DNA of 64,000 bases, taken from positions 192,001-256,000 of the forward strand of contig JAVJQW010000023.1 in NCBI GenBank assembly GCA_040218735.1. Reading direction: 5' to 3'. This DNA comes from Deltaproteobacteria bacterium. Its GTDB lineage: Bacteria; Myxococcota; Kuafuiibacteriia; Kuafuiibacteriales; Kuafuiibacteriaceae. Below the pieces are notes generated by a model. That model was not told where the DNA came from, did not search any database, and saw nothing but the letters and a program-made list of their open reading frames with translations. Below are positions 9,289 to 19,829 of the stretch, in pieces (within the stretch, counting starts at the first letter, position 1; every line of letters begins with the position of its first letter). The translations under genes were made by a program, and so were the position numbers.

Positions 9289-9305
9289 TTGGCACGCGCG
9301 GTGCT
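9289..9305 (+). promoter_or_regulatory. sigma54 promoter
   Basis: TTGGCACGCGCGGTGCT, ending 15 bp before the ATG at 9320. Confidence 0.6.
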
Positions 9306-9319
9306 CAGGGGCAGCCGCG

Positions 9320-11731
9320 ATGAGCAACTTGATTCCCCTCCTCGACCAGATCGTCAACGATGGCCGCGCCGCCGGCGTCGGGCACTTCACCCTCGAAGAC
9401 AGCAGCCTCGGCGGACGGACGCTGACACTCAACGGGCGCAACGCGCTCAACTTCGGTTCGTGCAGCTACCTCGGTCTGGAGACGAACGAAGCGCTCGTCG
9501 AGGGCACCATCGACGCCGTCCGTCGCTACGGCACCCAGTTCTCGTCGTCGCGCGCGTACGCGTCCGTCACCCTCTACGGCGAGCTCGAAGAACGCCTCAG
9601 CGCGATGTTCGGTCGCCCCACGCTCGTCACCGCCAGCACCACCCTCGGGCACCTCGCGACGCTCCCCGTCCTCGTCGGCGACAACGACGCCGTCATCCTC
9701 GACCACCAGGTCCACGCGAGCATCCAGATGACCGTGCAGCAGCTCAAGGCACGCGGCATCCCGGCGACGATCGTCCGCCACAACGACCTCGACCACCTCG
9801 AGAAGACCATCCGTCAGCTCAAGCCGAAGCACGAAAAGATCTGGTACTTCGCCGACGGCGTCTACTCGATGTACGGCGACTCCGCGCCCCTCGCCGAGAT
9901 CGAGCAGCTCCTCGATCGCCACGAGCAGCTCCACTTCTACGTCGACGACGCGCACGGCATGAGCTGGACGGGCACCCACGGCGTCGGCCACGTGCGCAGC
10001 CGCATGACGCATCACCCGCGCATGGTACAGGCGGTCTCGCTCAACAAGGCGTTCGCGGCCGGCGGCGGCGCGATCATCTTCCCCGACCAGGCCTCGGCGC
10101 AGCTCGTCCGCAACTGTGGCTCCACGCTCATCTTCTCCGGGCCCGTCCAACCGCCGATGCTCGGCGCCGCGATTGCGTCGGCGCGGCTGCACATGTCCGA
10201 CGGGATCGTCGAGCACCAGGAGAAGCTCGCGCTTCGCGTCGCGCACATGAACAAGCGGCTGAACGAGGCCGGGCTCCCTCAGTACGCCGAGAACGACACC
10301 CCGCTGTTCTTCGTCGCGGCGGGGCTGCCGCACCTCGATTACGAGCTCGTGCGGCGAATGCTCGACGACGGCTTCTACATGAACGCCGCGGTGTTCCCGG
10401 CGGTCCCGATGAAGCGCGGCGGCCTCCGGTTCACGGTGACGAACCACCTCGAGCTCAGCGACATCGACGCGATGGTCGACACCATGGCGCGGCACTACGT
10501 CGAGGCGCTCGACGACGCGGGGGTGACCTTCGACGACGTCGCGCGCACGTTCAAGATCCCGCGCTTCGAAGTGCGGGGGCGCAAGGCGGCTCAGGTGGCA
10601 GAGCCCGCCGCGACGCTTTGGTGTGAGCGTGCGACGAGCGTCGATGCGTTCGACCCGCGTGACTGGGACGGACACGCTCGCGGCCACGGCAACTTCACCC
10701 ACGCGGCGCTACGGCGAATCGAAGACGTCTTCGGCGGCAGCACACCCACGGCGGATCGCTGGCCGTTCCACTACCTCACCGTGCGCGACGAGGTCGGCAA
10801 CGTCGTGCTGCGAACGTTCTACACGGCGGCGCGGATCAAGGACGACATGTTCGAGCCCGCGGAGGTCTCCCAGCAGGTCGAGGCGCAGCGCGCGGCGGAC
10901 CCGAATCACCTCACTTCGATCGCCGTGATGTTGGGCTCGATGGCGACGAAGGGCGACCACCTGTACCTCGACCGCAAACACCCGGCGTGGCGCGACGCGA
11001 TCACGATGCTGGTCGAGGAGATGGAGGCGGCGTCGGCGCGCTACGGTGCGACGCAGATCATGATCCGCGACTTCGTGGGCGAACGCGACGTCGCGCTCGA
11101 GAACGCGATGTTGTCCCTCGGCCTCGCGGTGGCCCACCTCCCGGACAACCACTCGATCGAATCCCTCGATTGGGAGGACCACGAAGCCTACGTGCAGTCG
11201 CTCGGTCGCCGGTACCGCTCCGACCTGCGGCGAGAGATCTTGAAGAACGCGGAGGCTTTCGAAGTGCGCACCGGGAAGATGACCGACGCCGAGCTGGAGC
11301 ACGCCTTCGCGCTGTACCAGAGCGTTCACGCCCGAGCGTTCGAGCTCAACGTCTACGAGCTACCGTTCGAGCTCTTCCGCGCGATGCACGACGACGACGC
11401 GTACGACGTGCTCCGCCTGCACGTGAAGGGGGAGGACGAAGCTGTTGCGGTGATGTTCAGCCACTTCGAAGGCGACGACTACAACGCGATGTTCGTCGGC
11501 CTCGACGAGGACGCGATCGAACGCCTCGGCGCCTACAAACAGATCCTCTACCGCACCGTGATGCGCGCGAAGGAGCTCGGCGCCTCGCGCCTCGATCTCG
11601 CGTTCACCGCGAAGCTGGCGAAGCGCAAGGTAGGCGCGTCGCCGCAGCCGGCGCGTGCCTTCGTCCGGGTGGACGACCACTTCAACGCGGCGGTCATCGA
11701 CGCGCTCCCGCGCGGCGCACGGGCGGCGTGA
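9320..11731 (+). CDS. Fusion of PLP-dependent alpha-oxoamine synthase (BioF/SPT family) and GNAT/FemAB-like acyltransferase domain
   Basis: NFGSCSYLGL, HASI, DGVYSM, DDAH and SLNK (PLP Lys) in the N-terminal half; FemAB-like motifs (YVQSLGRRYRSDLRRE, YKQILYRTVMRA, KRKVGA) in the C-terminal half. Confidence 0.85.
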   Translation: MSNLIPLLDQIVNDGRAAGVGHFTLEDSSLGGRTLTLNGRNALNFGSCSYLGLETNEALVEGTIDAVRRYGTQFSSSRAYASVTLYGELEERLSAMFGRPTLVTASTTLGHLATLPVLVGDNDAVILDHQVHASIQMTVQQLKARGIPATIVRHNDLDHLEKTIRQLKPKHEKIWYFADGVYSMYGDSAPLAEIEQLLDRHEQLHFYVDDAHGMSWTGTHGVGHVRSRMTHHPRMVQAVSLNKAFAAGGGAIIFPDQASAQLVRNCGSTLIFSGPVQPPMLGAAIASARLHMSDGIVEHQEKLALRVAHMNKRLNEAGLPQYAENDTPLFFVAAGLPHLDYELVRRMLDDGFYMNAAVFPAVPMKRGGLRFTVTNHLELSDIDAMVDTMARHYVEALDDAGVTFDDVARTFKIPRFEVRGRKAAQVAEPAATLWCERATSVDAFDPRDWDGHARGHGNFTHAALRRIEDVFGGSTPTADRWPFHYLTVRDEVGNVVLRTFYTAARIKDDMFEPAEVSQQVEAQRAADPNHLTSIAVMLGSMATKGDHLYLDRKHPAWRDAITMLVEEMEAASARYGATQIMIRDFVGERDVALENAMLSLGLAVAHLPDNHSIESLDWEDHEAYVQSLGRRYRSDLRREILKNAEAFEVRTGKMTDAELEHAFALYQSVHARAFELNVYELPFELFRAMHDDDAYDVLRLHVKGEDEAVAVMFSHFEGDDYNAMFVGLDEDAIERLGAYKQILYRTVMRAKELGASRLDLAFTAKLAKRKVGASPQPARAFVRVDDHFNAAVIDALPRGARAA

Positions 11732-13708
11732 TTAGAGTTGGACGGCGACCGCGGCGGGGTCGCCGTGGTGGAGCGCGGCTTCGAGGGCGTCCTCTTTTGT
11801 TGCGAACGTGACGGTCCGAGCCCCGGCGGGGTCCAGCTCGACGACGGCGAAGTCGACGAGCGCTCGAATCGGCGTCGTGTAGAGCTGCACCACGGTCGTC
11901 CCGCGCCGCGCGCCGGTGTTCACGACGGTGACGTGAACCTCGGCGCCGTCGCGCTCCGCCGCCTGAACCACGAACGTCGTGAAGCCGAGGCCGTACCCGA
12001 ACGGATAGGCCGCTGCGCAACCGTCACGGTCGAGTCTCCGCTGCCCCCACCACCGGTCGTACCGAACGCGCCGGGCGGTGCGCTCGAACGGACCAAGATC
12101 TTCCTCACGCTCGGGGAACGCCACGGGCAGGCGGCCGGGTGAGCTCCGCCCGAGCAATACGTCGGCGATCGCGTGCCCGCCTTCCATGCCGGGGTACCAG
12201 GCGACGACGAGCGCGCGCGGCGTCTTGCGCCAGGGCATCACGACGGCGCCGCCGGTGATCACTACGACGACGGTGTTCGGGTTGGCCTTCGTGACACGCT
12301 CGATCAGCGCCTCTTGCTCCGCGGGGAGTCGGAGTGAGCGCCGGTCGCCGCCGCCGGGGTGCAGCCACCGGCCGACGGTGCGCACGACGCGACTCACGAC
12401 GCGGCGCCCTAGCGCGGTGCGAATCGGGAGGCCAAGGTGGCCGATCATGTCAGGGTCGGTCTCGATGAACGCCTCGCCCTCTTCCTTCGCCGTGTAACCG
12501 ACGACCACCACCGCGACGTCGTGATTCGCGGCGCCAGCGGCGTCGGTGAGACGAACCCTCGCGCCGGGGAGGGCCGCCTTCAGACCGTCGAGCACCGAGG
12601 CCGTCGACGGCGGACGCACGCGCGACGAGCCGATGTCTCCGGTGTTCGCGGTCTGGGCGAGGGGCCCGACGACCGCGATGGACTCCGCCGTAAGCGGGAG
12701 CAGCCCGTCGTTCTCGAGCAGGACACAACCCCGCGCCGCCGCGCGTCGCGCGAGCGCACGGTGCTCGGGGCCGGCGATCTCGACGGTCGGTGTGGGGCCG
12801 ATCTTCGCTGCGTGTTGCAGCTGCGTCGCGAGGATTCGGCGCGCCGACCGCGCGATGTCTTCCGCAGGCAGCTTCGCCCGCGCGCGTTGCTGACGGAACG
12901 GCATCTCCACGTCGAGGCCCGCGGCGAGTGAACGCACCGGATCGCGAAGGCCCCACACGAAGTCGGAGATCACGACCCCCTCGAAGCCCCACCGCTCGCG
13001 CAGCACTTCGGTGAGGAGCCCGCGGTGCTCGCCGCACCACGTCCCGTTGACGCGGTTGTACGCGCTCATCACCGCGTCCGCGCCGGCTTCGATCACTCGC
13101 CGGAAGTGCGGAAGGTACACGTCGTGGAGCACGTCATCGTCGACCTCGACGTCCACGTAGAAACGCGCGTCCTCCATCGAGTTCAGCGCGAAGTGTTTCA
13201 CACACGCCATCACGTTCTCGCGCACGCCGCGCGTGAGCGCAGCGCCCATCGCGCCGAGCAGCACCGGGTCCTCGCCGTAGCTCTCCTGCGCCCTCCCCCA
13301 CGCCGGGTGCCGCGTCAGGTTCACACACACGCCGCCAAAGAAGTTCGCGCCCTGCGCCCGCGCCTCCGCGCCGATCGCTCGACCGACCTCCTCCTCCAGC
13401 GTCACGTCGAACGTCGCCGCGCGTGCGATCGGCACCGGGAAACACGTCGACGCCCCCATCACGACTCCGCGCGGTCCGTCGGTGAATCGAATCCCCGGGA
13501 TGCCGAGCCGCTCCACCGCGCCCGCGACGATGGGTTCGACGTTGTACTGCTTCACCATCGACAGCAGCCCCGGCCAGACCGGGGTGTCGCCGTCGAGGAG
13601 CCACCTGCGTTCGCGCTCGGTGAGTTGTTCGAAGAGCTCGTCCGCGGCTTCGTCCGCAGACTTGTCGCCAGCCCGAACCGCCGCGAGCGCCGCGGCGAAC
13701 GCGCTCAC
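11732..13708 (-). CDS. Glycoside hydrolase family 3 (beta-glucosidase-like)
   Basis: RLGIP, DGPRG, GRAQESYGEDP, CVKHFA, VMSAYN, ISDF and WYPGMEGG motifs; GTG start at 13708 overlaps the stop of the RND gene. Confidence 0.9.
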   Translation of the reverse strand: MSAFAAALAAVRAGDKSADEAADELFEQLTERERRWLLDGDTPVWPGLLSMVKQYNVEPIVAGAVERLGIPGIRFTDGPRGVVMGASTCFPVPIARAATFDVTLEEEVGRAIGAEARAQGANFFGGVCVNLTRHPAWGRAQESYGEDPVLLGAMGAALTRGVRENVMACVKHFALNSMEDARFYVDVEVDDDVLHDVYLPHFRRVIEAGADAVMSAYNRVNGTWCGEHRGLLTEVLRERWGFEGVVISDFVWGLRDPVRSLAAGLDVEMPFRQQRARAKLPAEDIARSARRILATQLQHAAKIGPTPTVEIAGPEHRALARRAAARGCVLLENDGLLPLTAESIAVVGPLAQTANTGDIGSSRVRPPSTASVLDGLKAALPGARVRLTDAAGAANHDVAVVVVGYTAKEEGEAFIETDPDMIGHLGLPIRTALGRRVVSRVVRTVGRWLHPGGGDRRSLRLPAEQEALIERVTKANPNTVVVVITGGAVVMPWRKTPRALVVAWYPGMEGGHAIADVLLGRSSPGRLPVAFPEREEDLGPFERTARRVRYDRWWGQRRLDRDGCAAAYPFGYGLGFTTFVVQAAERDGAEVHVTVVNTGARRGTTVVQLYTTPIRALVDFAVVELDPAGARTVTFATKEDALEAALHHGDPAAVAVQL

Positions 13709-16700
13709 GCCTCGGACTCGCGGCGCCGCGCGAAGGAGATCGTCCACTTCCCGAAGCGCACGATCGCGCCGTAGACATCCTCGACCAGGCAGATCGTGGT
13801 CGGGAGCAGAACGGTGGTGAGGAACGTCGAGACCACGAGCCCACCCATCAGCACCACCGCGATCGAGTAGTAGTAGACGCCGCCCAGCGCGGGCTTCTGG
13901 ATGACCATCGGAAGGAGCCCGAGCAGCGTCGTCGCGGCGGTCATGAGGATCGGCCGGAGGCGCTCGCGGCCTCCGCGCAACATGGCTTGCATGCGCTCCA
14001 TGCCTTCGCGTCGGTACGTATTGATGTGCTCGACCATCACGATGCCGTTGTTCACGACGATGCCGATCAGGAGCAGCAGCCCGATCGCGGCCGGTTGGTC
14101 GAAGTCGGTGTCGTAGAGATACAGCGCCCAGATCGCGCCGCTCAACGCGAACGGCAGCGCAATCATCAATCCGATCGCCTGCAGCACGGACTCGAACAGC
14201 CCGGCCATCAACCCGAAGATCAACAGCAGCGCAAGGAGGAGGTTCACGAGGAACTCTTCGGACTTCTCCTTGCGCTCGGTTTGCCAGCGCCCGAACGTCC
14301 ACGAGTACCCGTACGGGAACTTCATCGTGGACATCGCCTCCTTCACGCGCTCGGTGTGCTCCTCCTTCGTGCCCTCCTCGTAGCGCGCGCCGACCCACAC
14401 ACTCGTCATCCGCGCGTCGCGCTGGATGCGCTTCGGACCTTTGACGAGTGCGACCTTCGACACGGACGCGAGCGGCACGGCCTCGCCGTCTTCGCTGAGG
14501 AGGTTCAGGTTCTCGAGCTGCGCGACCGACTCCCGCTTCTGCTCGCCGAGGGCCAAACGCATCTCGCGCTCTTCGCCGTACGCGCGGTACCGCGGGAGGC
14601 GACGTCCCCGGAAGGTGAGCCCCACGACCTGCCCGGGCTGGCCGGGCGGCACGTCGTAGCGCGACATCAACGCGCGATCGAGCTGCACGTGGATTTCGTG
14701 CCCGCCCTCCTCGATCGAGGAGAACGAATCGACGAGCCCTTCGACCCCTTCCACCCTGGACCGCGCCTCGCGCGCGAGCTCCGCGAGCACCTCGGTGTCC
14801 TCGCCCACGAGCTGGAACGCGACGCGCTTCCCGCGGTCCGGTCGCCAGAAGTCGCGCTCCGCGGTGACCTCGAGCTTCACGCCCGCGATCTCCGGGAGGA
14901 GCTCACGCAGTCGTTCGCGGACGAGCTTGAGGCTGTCCTCGTTCGCCTCGCCCTCCTTCAGGTACACACGTGTCAGCGCGATGTCCGGAGCCCAGAAGCT
15001 GTAGACCGACCGTGCGAGTAGCTCGTCGTAGTGCGGCTCGAGCGCGGCCTCGACCTGGTCCACGACCTTCTCCTTGAGCTCCAAACTCAGCGGCTCGGAG
15101 ATCTGGTAGTGAATCTGCGCGAACATGTCGGTCTGGCCCGCGTCGAAGTTCATGTCGACCTGCGTCCACGGCCAATACCCAGAGCCAAAGACCGCGAGCC
15201 CGATGATCGGCGTGAGCCACCAGTGTTTCAGGTTCGCCTCGAGGATGCGCTGGTATCGCGCCTCCAACCACAACATCAGCTTCCCGCGCGGGCGCGGCGC
15301 ACGGCGGATGAAGTTCGACGACGCCATCGGGATGAGCGTCTGACTGATGAACAGCGAGGCGAGGAGCGTCACCGAAATCGTGACGGCGAGCTCCTGAAGG
15401 ATGAGATTGAGTTGACTGGGTTTACTGAAAATCAGCGGGAGGAACACGATGACCGAAGTCATCGTCGCGGCGATCACCGCGACCGCGACCTGCTTCGTAC
15501 CCACGAGGGAGGCTGTCTTGCGGTCTTCACCCATCTCCGCGTGGCGGAAGATGTTCTCCATGACCACCACGGCGTTGTCGACGAGCATGCCGACGCCGAC
15601 GATCAACCCGAGCAACGTGAGCGTGTTGAGGCTCTTCCCCTGCACCCAGACCATCCCGCAGGTGACGAGCAGCGAGAACGGCACACACAACACCGCGACC
15701 ATCGTGCTGCTCCACCGTCTCAGGAAGCCGAACAGGATCGCGGTCGCGAGGAGCGCGCCGATGATGCCGGTCCACGCGAGGTCGGCGAGGGTGTTCTTGA
15801 TCTCCTTGGCCTGACTGAACCACACCAGGAACGTCACCCCCTCGAGCTCGGGGTCCGCCTTCATCTCCTCGATGCGCGCTTCGAGGGCCTCACCGACCTC
15901 GACGATGTTCGCCTGCGCCTCCGCGCTGACGCTGATGCCGACCGCGAAGTTGCCGTCGAGGTGGCGCCCGTACTCGAGCTCCGGCTCCTCGAACGTGACG
16001 TCCGCGATGTCCGAGAGCCGCAGCCCCTCTTCGCGGATCGGAAGCGCGGCGATCTGTTCGATGGACTGGAACGTCGCGACGGTGCGCACCGCGAGGCGAC
16101 GGTCGCCCGTGGTGATCTTGCCGAGTGACTCGTCGAAGTTGGAACGCTGGAGGATCCGCTCGACGTCACGGACGTCGACCCCGTGGTGCGCGAGATCCGC
16201 CACGCGCAGATTCACACGCACCTCCTTCGGCTGCACGCCGTCGAGCCGTACCTGCGCGACCCCGGGCACGCGCTGGAGCGGGCGCACAATGCGGCGCTCC
16301 AGGAGGTCGTAGCTCTCGCTCAGGTTGAGCGGCGACGAGAGGCGGCCTTCGAGGATCGGCGTCTCGACCTCGCGCGCGTTCCAGTTGGGGCTGACGGTGA
16401 TGTCACCGATGTCGTCGGGCAGCTCGCTCCGCGCGCGGTCCATGCGCTCCCAGACCTCGACGCGTGCGTGGCGCATGTCGACGGTCCAGTCGAAGTTGAG
16501 CCCGACCATGCCGCCTTCGCGGTCGGCGAAGGCCCACATGTGTTTGATGCCACGGACGGTCCCGAGCGCCTCTTCGACGGGGCGCAGAATCATGCGTTCG
16601 ATCTGCTCCGGCGACGCGCTCGGGTAAGGGACACGCACGAAGATCTGCGGCTCCCGGATGTCGGGCATGAACGCGAGCGGGAGGCGGTACAAGGCCACCG

Positions 16701-16779
16701 CGCCGAGCACCGTCATGCTCAGGAGGAGCATCAACGTCGTGACGGGGCGTTTGACCGCCAGATCCGCGAGCGACCTCAA
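13705..16779 (-). CDS. RND efflux transporter permease (AcrB/AcrD/AcrF family)
   Basis: 1024 aa; GMLVDNAVVVMENI, GIVVNNGI and RLRPILMT motifs. Confidence 0.95.
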   Translation of the reverse strand: MRSLADLAVKRPVTTLMLLLSMTVLGAVALYRLPLAFMPDIREPQIFVRVPYPSASPEQIERMILRPVEEALGTVRGIKHMWAFADREGGMVGLNFDWTVDMRHARVEVWERMDRARSELPDDIGDITVSPNWNAREVETPILEGRLSSPLNLSESYDLLERRIVRPLQRVPGVAQVRLDGVQPKEVRVNLRVADLAHHGVDVRDVERILQRSNFDESLGKITTGDRRLAVRTVATFQSIEQIAALPIREEGLRLSDIADVTFEEPELEYGRHLDGNFAVGISVSAEAQANIVEVGEALEARIEEMKADPELEGVTFLVWFSQAKEIKNTLADLAWTGIIGALLATAILFGFLRRWSSTMVAVLCVPFSLLVTCGMVWVQGKSLNTLTLLGLIVGVGMLVDNAVVVMENIFRHAEMGEDRKTASLVGTKQVAVAVIAATMTSVIVFLPLIFSKPSQLNLILQELAVTISVTLLASLFISQTLIPMASSNFIRRAPRPRGKLMLWLEARYQRILEANLKHWWLTPIIGLAVFGSGYWPWTQVDMNFDAGQTDMFAQIHYQISEPLSLELKEKVVDQVEAALEPHYDELLARSVYSFWAPDIALTRVYLKEGEANEDSLKLVRERLRELLPEIAGVKLEVTAERDFWRPDRGKRVAFQLVGEDTEVLAELAREARSRVEGVEGLVDSFSSIEEGGHEIHVQLDRALMSRYDVPPGQPGQVVGLTFRGRRLPRYRAYGEEREMRLALGEQKRESVAQLENLNLLSEDGEAVPLASVSKVALVKGPKRIQRDARMTSVWVGARYEEGTKEEHTERVKEAMSTMKFPYGYSWTFGRWQTERKEKSEEFLVNLLLALLLIFGLMAGLFESVLQAIGLMIALPFALSGAIWALYLYDTDFDQPAAIGLLLLIGIVVNNGIVMVEHINTYRREGMERMQAMLRGGRERLRPILMTAATTLLGLLPMVIQKPALGGVYYYSIAVVLMGGLVVSTFLTTVLLPTTICLVEDVYGAIVRFGKWTISFARRRESEA

Positions 16780-19700
16780 ACGTCCTCCTCCACGCTCGAC
16801 GGCACGAGCATGTACGTCGCCGGGATGACGACCAACGTGAGCAGCGTTCCGGCGAGCAACCCACCCGCGACGGTGATCGCGAGCGGCGCGCGCAGCTCGG
16901 CGCCTTCACCCCAACCCACCGCCATCGGGATGAGCGCGAGGATGGTGGTCATCGTGGTCATGAGGATCGGGCGCAGCCGAACGTGCCCGGCGCGCACGAC
17001 CGCTTCGAGCTTGGTCAGACCTTCACGGCGGTAGCGGTTGATCGCGTCGATCAAGACGATCGCGTTGTTCACCACGATACCCACCAACATGATCGCGCCT
17101 ATCAACACGATCACCGTGACCGTGGTGTTGGTAACGAGGAGGGTCGCCACCACGCCGATCAGCGCGAGCGGGATCGTGAACAGGACGATGAACGGGTGGA
17201 TGAGTGACTCGAACGTCGAAGCCATCACCAGGTAGACGAGGAAAATCGCGAGCGCGACCGCGAACCGAAGGCTATTGAAACTCACCTCCATCTCGCGGTT
17301 CTGGCCGCCGATCTCCGAGGTCAGGCCGCGGTCTCCCATCGTCTCGAGTGTGTCCTCCACGGCGCGGACGGCGGCGCCGAGGCTGCGGCCTTCGAGGTTC
17401 GCGGTGATGAGCGCCGCGCGCTGCTGCTGGAGCCGGTGGATCTCGGCGGGACCACGCGCGGCGGAGACGGTCGCGATCGAGAGCAAGCGGATCTGCGCAC
17501 CGTCCGGCCCCGGGAGCACCAGGCGTCGGACGTCCTCGACGGACTGACGGGTGGTCTCGTGGTTGAGGAGGCGAATGTCGATCTGCCGGTCGGCCTCCTT
17601 GAAGCGCGTCGGTACCGCGCCCTGTACGCGGCTCTTGAGTGTGTTCGACATCGTCGCGAGGTCGAGCCCCATCGCCGCGACGCGACGGCGGTCGAACACG
17701 ACCTGGAGCTCGGGGTTGCCGGCTTCGAGCGAGGAGCGAACGTCGACGAACCCATCGAGCTCGGAGAGTCGCTCCGCGAGCTCGAGTGAGTACGCGCGGA
17801 GCGCTTCGAGGTTGTCACCGAACACCACGATCTCGATCGGCACTTGGAGCGAGAAGTAGGTCGGGTAACCGTGGCGAATCTCGGCGTCGGGGATGGTCGA
17901 GAAGCCCTTGCGCAACCTCGACGCGATCGCGTCCTCCGCGACGGTGTCACTTCGGTCCTTCACGACGATGTCGAGCTGCGCGAGGTTCTCGGCCTGGCTG
18001 TTCACGGAGACACCGCCCGAGACCTGCCGACTGCCGACGATCAGGAACTGTTTCTCGACGCCCTCTTCTTTGGCGACGAGCGCCTCCATCTGTTTGACGA
18101 CGCGGTCCGTCGCGGCGAGCGAGGTGCCCTCCGGCATCTCGACGTCGTAGAAGAACTCACCGGAGGAGAGGCGCGGGATGAGCTCGGACTCCAGGTTGAC
18201 CGCGGCGTAGAGCGAACCGGCGAAGAGCCCAGCGGCGACCAGGAGCACCACGATGCGCGCGCGTATCGCGCCGCGCAGGAGTTTGTCGTACGCGCGTGAA
18301 GCGCGCCCGAGCGTGGCGGCCGCTTCTTCGGGATCCGCCGAGAGCTTCGGCGGTTTGTTGGCGCCGCCACGCGCGCTGAGCATGGGGATGACGGTGATCG
18401 CGACGACGAGCGCCGCGATGAGGCTGATGGTGACCGTGACCGCCTGGTCTTCGAAGAGCTGCCCTGCGATGCCCTCGACGAAGACGATCGGGAGGAACAC
18501 CGCGATCGTCGTGAGGGTGGAAGCGACGACCGCCGGGCCGACTTCGGTGGCGCCTTCTATCGCGGCCTCGCGCGCGGTCGCGCCCTCTTGGCGTCGTCGG
18601 TGGATCGACTCGAGCACCACGATCGCGCTGTCGACGAGCATGCCGACGCCGAGCGTCAGACCTCCGAGCGACATGATGTTGAGGCTGACGTCCATGCGGT
18701 ACATCGCCATGAACGTCGCGACGACCGACAGCGGGATCGCGGTCGCGATGACGATGGTGCTCTTGATGTCGCGCAGGAAGAGGAGCAGCACGAGGATCGC
18801 CAGCGCACCGCCGATCAGCGTGGCGTCGCGAACCTCCTCGACGGCCTGCTCGATGTAGCGCGACTGATCGAACAGGACGGTGATTTCGTAACCCTCGGGG
18901 AGCTTCGTTCTCCACGTGTCGAGGCGCTCCTCGAGCGCACGCGCCGCGAACACGGTGTTGGCGTCGCCCTCCTTGAAGATGGCGACTTCGACGGACTCCT
19001 TCCCGTTGAAGCGCGTGATCTCCTCGCGCTCGCGCGCACCGCGGTAGACCTTGGCGACGTCGTTCAGTCGGACGATGCGTCCGTCGGTGTCGGAGATGAT
19101 GAGCTCGGCGATCTCTTCGATGGAGTCGAGCTCGTTGACGGTGCGGATGAGAAACTCGCGGTCGGCGCCGCGGAGCGCGCCGCCCGGTACGTTCACGTTG
19201 GAAGCGCCGATCCTCTGCTCGACGGTCGCGAGCGGGATCTTCAACGCGGCGAGCTTTTCTTGGTCGATCTCGACGCGGATCTCTTCTTCGAGGCCGCCGC
19301 GAAGCTCGGCGGCGGCGATGCCCACGACGGTCTCGAGGTCGGGCTCGATGCGGCGCTCGGCGAAGTGGCGTATCTCGCGGAGGTCGGCGTTGCCGGTGAT
19401 CGCGAGGCGGACGATGGGATCGAGCGACGGGTCGTAGCGCAGGACGATCGGATCGTCGGTGCCCTCCGGGAGGATGATGCGGTCGAGCTTCTCGCGGACG
19501 TCCATCGCGAGGCTGCTCATGTCGGAGCCCCACGCGAACTCCATGCTCACCTCCGAGACGCCGGGGCGCGAGACGGAGTGCATGCGTTCGAGCCCGCGCA
19601 GCACGCCGGCGGCCTCTTCGACCGGCCGCGTAACCATCGTCTCGACCTCCTGCGGCGCGGCGTCCTCGAACTCGGTGCGGATGGTGAGCGTGGGGTACGC

Positions 19701-19823
19701 GATGTCCGGGAACAGCTCGACGGAGAGGCGTTGGTAGCCGACGATGCCGAACGCCGTCACGGCGATGGCGAACATCGTCACGCTGACGCGACGACGGACG
19801 GCGAGCTCGATGAGTCCGCGCAC
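16776..19823 (-). CDS. RND efflux transporter permease (AcrB/AcrD/AcrF family)
   Basis: 1015 aa; GMLVDSAIVVLESI, GIVVNNAI and RLRPILMT motifs. Confidence 0.95.
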   Translation of the reverse strand: MRGLIELAVRRRVSVTMFAIAVTAFGIVGYQRLSVELFPDIAYPTLTIRTEFEDAAPQEVETMVTRPVEEAAGVLRGLERMHSVSRPGVSEVSMEFAWGSDMSSLAMDVREKLDRIILPEGTDDPIVLRYDPSLDPIVRLAITGNADLREIRHFAERRIEPDLETVVGIAAAELRGGLEEEIRVEIDQEKLAALKIPLATVEQRIGASNVNVPGGALRGADREFLIRTVNELDSIEEIAELIISDTDGRIVRLNDVAKVYRGAREREEITRFNGKESVEVAIFKEGDANTVFAARALEERLDTWRTKLPEGYEITVLFDQSRYIEQAVEEVRDATLIGGALAILVLLLFLRDIKSTIVIATAIPLSVVATFMAMYRMDVSLNIMSLGGLTLGVGMLVDSAIVVLESIHRRRQEGATAREAAIEGATEVGPAVVASTLTTIAVFLPIVFVEGIAGQLFEDQAVTVTISLIAALVVAITVIPMLSARGGANKPPKLSADPEEAAATLGRASRAYDKLLRGAIRARIVVLLVAAGLFAGSLYAAVNLESELIPRLSSGEFFYDVEMPEGTSLAATDRVVKQMEALVAKEEGVEKQFLIVGSRQVSGGVSVNSQAENLAQLDIVVKDRSDTVAEDAIASRLRKGFSTIPDAEIRHGYPTYFSLQVPIEIVVFGDNLEALRAYSLELAERLSELDGFVDVRSSLEAGNPELQVVFDRRRVAAMGLDLATMSNTLKSRVQGAVPTRFKEADRQIDIRLLNHETTRQSVEDVRRLVLPGPDGAQIRLLSIATVSAARGPAEIHRLQQQRAALITANLEGRSLGAAVRAVEDTLETMGDRGLTSEIGGQNREMEVSFNSLRFAVALAIFLVYLVMASTFESLIHPFIVLFTIPLALIGVVATLLVTNTTVTVIVLIGAIMLVGIVVNNAIVLIDAINRYRREGLTKLEAVVRAGHVRLRPILMTTMTTILALIPMAVGWGEGAELRAPLAITVAGGLLAGTLLTLVVIPATYMLVPSSVEEDV

Positions 19824-19829
19824 GAGTTG

